In this document: piece after piece, positions 59,801-64,000 of the stretch
Position numbering within the stretch: the first letter of the stretch is position 1
Layout of the letters: every line of letters begins with the position of its first letter
Position numbers and translations under genes: made by a program
The notes under the pieces: model-generated
Seen by the model: only the letters and a program-made list of their open reading frames with translations
What the model was told of the DNA's origin: nothing
Databases searched by the model: none
Origin: Malacoraja senta
Lineage: Eukaryota
Reading direction: 5' to 3'
DNA length: 64,000 nucleotides
NCBI GenBank assembly: GCA_038087875.1
Contig: CM075988.1
Coordinates: 19,222,001-19,286,000 of the forward strand

Positions 59801-60174
59801 GCAGTCTGAGAGGTTTTGTTTGCCTCATCACTGCCTTAATTAGATATCCTTGTATATTCTGGATTGTACTATTTAGTCGAAACATTCTCTCCACATCCAT
59901 CCTGTCAGGATTTCTCAGGATGTTATATGTTTCTATCTTGTTACTTCTCTTCCTTCTAAACTCCAAAGGATACAAAACCTGTCCAAACTTTCCTTATAAG
60001 ATATGCAGATTTGTAGGTTAATTGGGTTCTGTAAATTGCCCCTACAGTGTAGGATAGAATTAGCGTGATAGGGTGATTGTTGGTCGGCACAGACTCGGTG
60101 GGCCGAAGGGCCTCTTCCCATGCTGTATCTCTAAACTAAATTAAACTGAACTATAAAACTGAACTCTCAATCTA

Positions 60175-60585
60175 CTAAAGATAGACACAAAAAGCTGGAG
60201 TGACTCAACGGGCCAGGCAGCATCTCTGGAGAGAAGGAATGGGTGACGTTTCAGGTCGAGACCCTTCTTCAGACTGGTTAGGGATAAGGGAAATGAGAGA
60301 TATAGACGGTGATGTGAAGAGATAAAGAACAATGAATGAAAGATATGCAAAATAGTAACGATGATAAAGGAAACAGGCCATTGTAAGCTGTTTGTAGGGT
60401 GAAAATGAAAAGCTCGTGTGACTTGGGTGGGGGAGGGATAGAGAGAGAGGGAATGCCGGAGATACTTGAAGTGAGATCAATACTCACACCACTGGACTGT
60501 AAGCTGCCCGAGCAAAATAAGACATGCTGTTCCTCCAATTTGCATTGGACAGGCTATGTTTCGGGTTGGGACCATTCTTCAGACC
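60175..60585 (-). mobile_element. Penelope-like 3' end
   Basis: ORF 60278-60538 EEQHVLFCSGSLQSSGVSID matches the GIY-YIG C-terminus; hammerhead core at about 60242-60275. Confidence 0.8.
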
Positions 60586-60599
60586 TCCTGCACCTTGAG

Positions 60600-61640
60600 A
60601 TTTTACTTCTCGTAGCGACTATCGTAACATTTAAGAAACATTTAGACAGGTACATGGATAGGGTAGGTTTAAATGGGTATGGGGCAAACGCAGGCAGGTG
60701 GCACTAGTGTAGATGGGACATGTTGGACGGTGTGGGCAAGATGGGCTGAAGGTCCAGTTTCCACACTGTATGACTATGACGTGAGACTTATTCAGAACAT
60801 TTTTGTTATATAATCATGGTAAAGATGAGGCAACAGCCAGCTCACTCACTGATACTGTTTCCAAGGGACTCTTGGTGATGGAGATTGAAGTTCCCACCCA
60901 GAGATATCGTTGGTGTTGTTTGAAACATAGAAACATAGAAAATAGGTGCAGGAATAGGCCATTCAGCCCTTCGAGCCTGCACCGCCATTCAATATGATCA
61001 TGGCTGATCATCCAAAATCAATACCACGTTCCTGCTTTCTCCCCATACCCCTTGATTCAGTTAGCCCTAAGAGCTACGGTATATCTAACTCTCTCTTGAA
61101 TACACCAGGTCCAGTCGAATGATCGATGAAAATACAGCGGATGTTTCCTGGCTGGTTAGTTCACTGAAGGATGATATCACCTTGCTTTCATTGATTGGCC
61201 GATCCTAAATTGCTCAGCCATACTTGAAGTTAAAGCATTGTTATTGATCCTAAACATTAAAGAGCCCGATGTACATTAGTTACAGGCGACAGCAACTTAC
61301 GTCATGAATGTCATAAAGTCAGACAGTCATTCAGTTCAGAAGCAGGCCCTTCGGCCCAACCAGCTCATGCCACCCAGATGCCCCATTGACACTAATCTAA
61401 CCTGTCCACATTTGGCCCATATCCCTCCAAAGTTAAACCTTTCACATCCATGCAGCTGTTCAAATGTATTTTAAATGTTGTTACAGTCCCTGCCTCAACT
61501 ATCTCCTCTGGCAGCTCGTTCCATATACCCAATACCTTCCATGTGAGATAGTTACCCCTTAGGTTCCTATTACATTTTTCCCCTCTCACCTTAAATGTAT
61601 GTCCTCTGGCTCTTGATACCCCTACTCTGGGTGAAAGAAT
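60600..61640. mobile_element. Several CR1 3' ends (about 60600-60780 +, 60925-61100 -, 61320-61640 -)
   Basis: FKKHLDRYM and WNELPEEIVEAGT motifs; catagaaa-type tails. Confidence 0.75.
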
Positions 61641-61670
61641 GTCCTAAATCAATGAGGCACTCACAACTGA

Positions 61671-61945
61671 GTTTTAGTTTAGAGATACAGCATAGAGACA
61701 AGCCCTTTGGCCCACCAAGTCCAAGCCAACCATCAATTACCTGTTCACACCATCTTGTCCCACTTTCTCATCCACTCCCGACACATTAGGGGCAAATTAC
61801 GGAGGCCATATAACCTACAAAACCAAATGTCTTTGGGTGTGGGAGGAACCGGACGGAGCACCCAAAGTAAACCTTCCAAGAGAACGTTCCAACTCCGCAC
61901 AGAAGGCACCTGAGGTCAGGATCGAACCCGGGTCTCTGGCATTGT
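61671..61945 (-). mobile_element. HE1/V-type SINE
   Basis: ttttagtttagagatacagc tail; ggtcaggatcgaacccgggtctctgg B-box. Confidence 0.8.
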
Positions 61946-62081
61946 GAGTGTGGAGTAAAGGTTAATGAAATGGAGAAAGGGCCTGTCCACCGGCATGATG
62001 TAGAAATGAGCAAAGTTGAGCAAATTTGACCTGAGGTCATCCCACCATATCCCACACATTATAAGAACGTATTACAGAAAT

Positions 62082-62305
62082 TAGGCAATAGGCAATAGGC
62101 AATAGGCAATAGACAATAGGTGCAGGAGTAGGCCATTCGGCCCTTTGGCCCTTGTGATCATGGCTGATCATCCCCAATCAGTACCCCGTTCCTGCCTTCT
62201 CCCCATATCACCTGACTCCGCTATCTTTAAGAGCCCTATCTAGCTCTCTCTTGAAAGTACCCAGATAACCGGCCTCTGCTGCCCTCTGAGGCAGAGAATT
62301 CCACA
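62082..62305 (-). mobile_element. CR1 3' end with (ctattgc)n tail
   Basis: (taggcaa)n then ggtgcaggagtaggccattcggccc. Confidence 0.85.
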
Positions 62306-62975
62306 AATTGACTGTGCATGGGCCTGTTCTTGAGACTATGTCTGTTTTTTCAATTGGAACTATTAGCTTTAATCAAATCACATTTCCCTTGATCCTTTCA
62401 TAAAATAAATAAAAATGTATACAGAAAGCAATTGTTTTCAGGAGAAAGTTGGGCAAACTTCCATTTTTTTTGTTTACATCATGAGAGTCTTGACCTCTGT
62501 AGGCTACTGTAAAAATGTTCTAAAAAACTTTCCTGTCTATTGAATGATATTTGTGGCTGAGCAATGGATCTAATTAACCTTCAATAACCTTGTCCACTGA
62601 ACCGTTGCATGAAATCCTCTCCCCTGGCTTCTCATAAAATGGGGAATCCTAAATATATATCTTCATGTTGCTAATTCACCAGAGATCTAATCTTCGCTGA
62701 AATTCTCTTTCAATCTTTTCCGCTCTTCTGGGCATAGCTTTAATGTTTCCAAGTGTCTCAGCATAACAGGATGGATTTTAATGTTTTTTTTGGTCTCTGA
62801 GGATCGTCTTCTTGTCAAACAGCTAGCTCTGACAAAATGGCTCAGAGACCTGCTTGTCAGCATCTGTGGTACCTTGACATGGAAATGGGCAAGGGCATGG
62901 GCCGAGTCAACAATTCGGAAGCAGAGCTGTGGCCCAACTCCACTTACATGCCTTTTCTCCATATTCGTTCATTCC

Positions 62976-63271
62976 TCGCACAGTGGCACATCAGTAGAGT
63001 TGCTGCCTTACGGCGCCAGGGACCCGGGATCGAACCAGAGTGCTGTCTGTGTGGAGTTTGTACGTTCTCCCCGTGACCGCGTGGGTTTTCTCCGAGTACT
63101 CAGGTTTCCTCCCACACTGCAAAGACGTGCAGGTTTGTTGGTTAATTTGGCTTCGGTAAAATTTGTTATAAATTGTCCCTAGTGGTAGTGTTAGGGTAGT
63201 GCTAATGTATGGGGATTGCTGGTCGGCCAAAGGCCCTTGTTTCCACACTCTATCTCTAAACTAAACTAAAC
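62976..63271 (+). mobile_element. HE1/V-type SINE
   Basis: gcacagtggcacatcagtagagttgctgcc head; tatctctaaactaaactaaac tail. Confidence 0.85.
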
Positions 63272-63329
63272 TCTGGATAAATCAGTTTCAAAACTCAAAT
63301 CAACAATTGATCCAGCACTGGTTGTTATT

Positions 63330-63630
63330 TAGAGTCATAGAGTGATACAGCATGGAAACATGTCCTTCAGCCCATCTTGCCCATGCCGACAAAACATGCA
63401 CCATTTACACTAGTCCCACCTGCCTGCATTTGGACAATCCTTCTAAACCTGTCCTATCCATGTATCTGTCCAAATGTATTTTAAATGTATGATATTACTT
63501 TCCTTAACTACCTCTTCTGACAGTTTGTTCCAAACACCCATCACTCTTTGTATTAAAAAGTTGCCCCTCAGGTTCATATTAAATCTTTCCCCTCTCACCT
63601 TAAACTTATGTTCTCTGTTACTCTGGGGAA
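63330..63630 (-). mobile_element. CR1 LINE 3' fragment
   Basis: ORF 63443-63700 FKVRGERFNMNLRGNFLIQRVMGVWNKL. Confidence 0.85.
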
Positions 63631-64000
63631 AATGTGATGGTGGAGTGATGAATCTGGAGATGCCCAGGAAGTCAGAATTGGAGGAGTACGGAGTTATCAA
63701 AGATACAAGGTGAAGATTAAAGGTGGGGAGGCATATGGCATAGCAGGATTTGAAAGGAACTTAGAATTAAGGTCAATGTATAACTAGAAGCCAATGTACA
63801 ATGAACCAAAAGAATTTCTAAACCATGATATTATTATTAGCTCCTTTAGACTGCCCATTCAGGGCTGAAGTTCGGTTTCTGGAGCCATTAACACTGTGCG
63901 ATGGTGACACATTTTCCTGGCCTCACTAACTGGAGCCAAGCTTTCAATCTGCTTACGCATTGTAAATCCAAATTAGACAAGGGTGTCAGAAGTGCCTTGT

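Overview
Repeat-dense eukaryotic DNA, most likely from a cartilaginous fish (skate/ray type). The evidence is about 16 tRNA-derived HE1/V-type SINEs sharing their 3' tail with abundant CR1 (HER1-like) LINE fragments. I could not support any host protein-coding exon; every recognisable ORF is transposon-derived, so the window looks intergenic or intronic. Contents: CR1, Rex1, L2 and RTE LINE fragments; Penelope-like elements (GIY-YIG endonuclease) with many short, often fold-back copies of their terminal repeat carrying a minimal hammerhead-ribozyme core; one degenerate DIRS1 tyrosine-recombinase retrotransposon (about 55.1-59.3 kb, minus strand); one non-autonomous Helitron with a 72-bp minisatellite; four PIF/Harbinger-type MITEs; microsatellites; and two 200-N assembly gaps. 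The most striking observation is two very short minus-strand retroelements (7584-7722 and about 45866-45964). Their 5' ends fold into minimal HDV/CPEB3-like self-cleaving ribozymes followed by an AAG-rich tail. In the first copy the target-site duplication abuts the predicted cleavage site exactly. All calls come from reading the sequence by eye, and boundaries of degenerate repeats are approximate.
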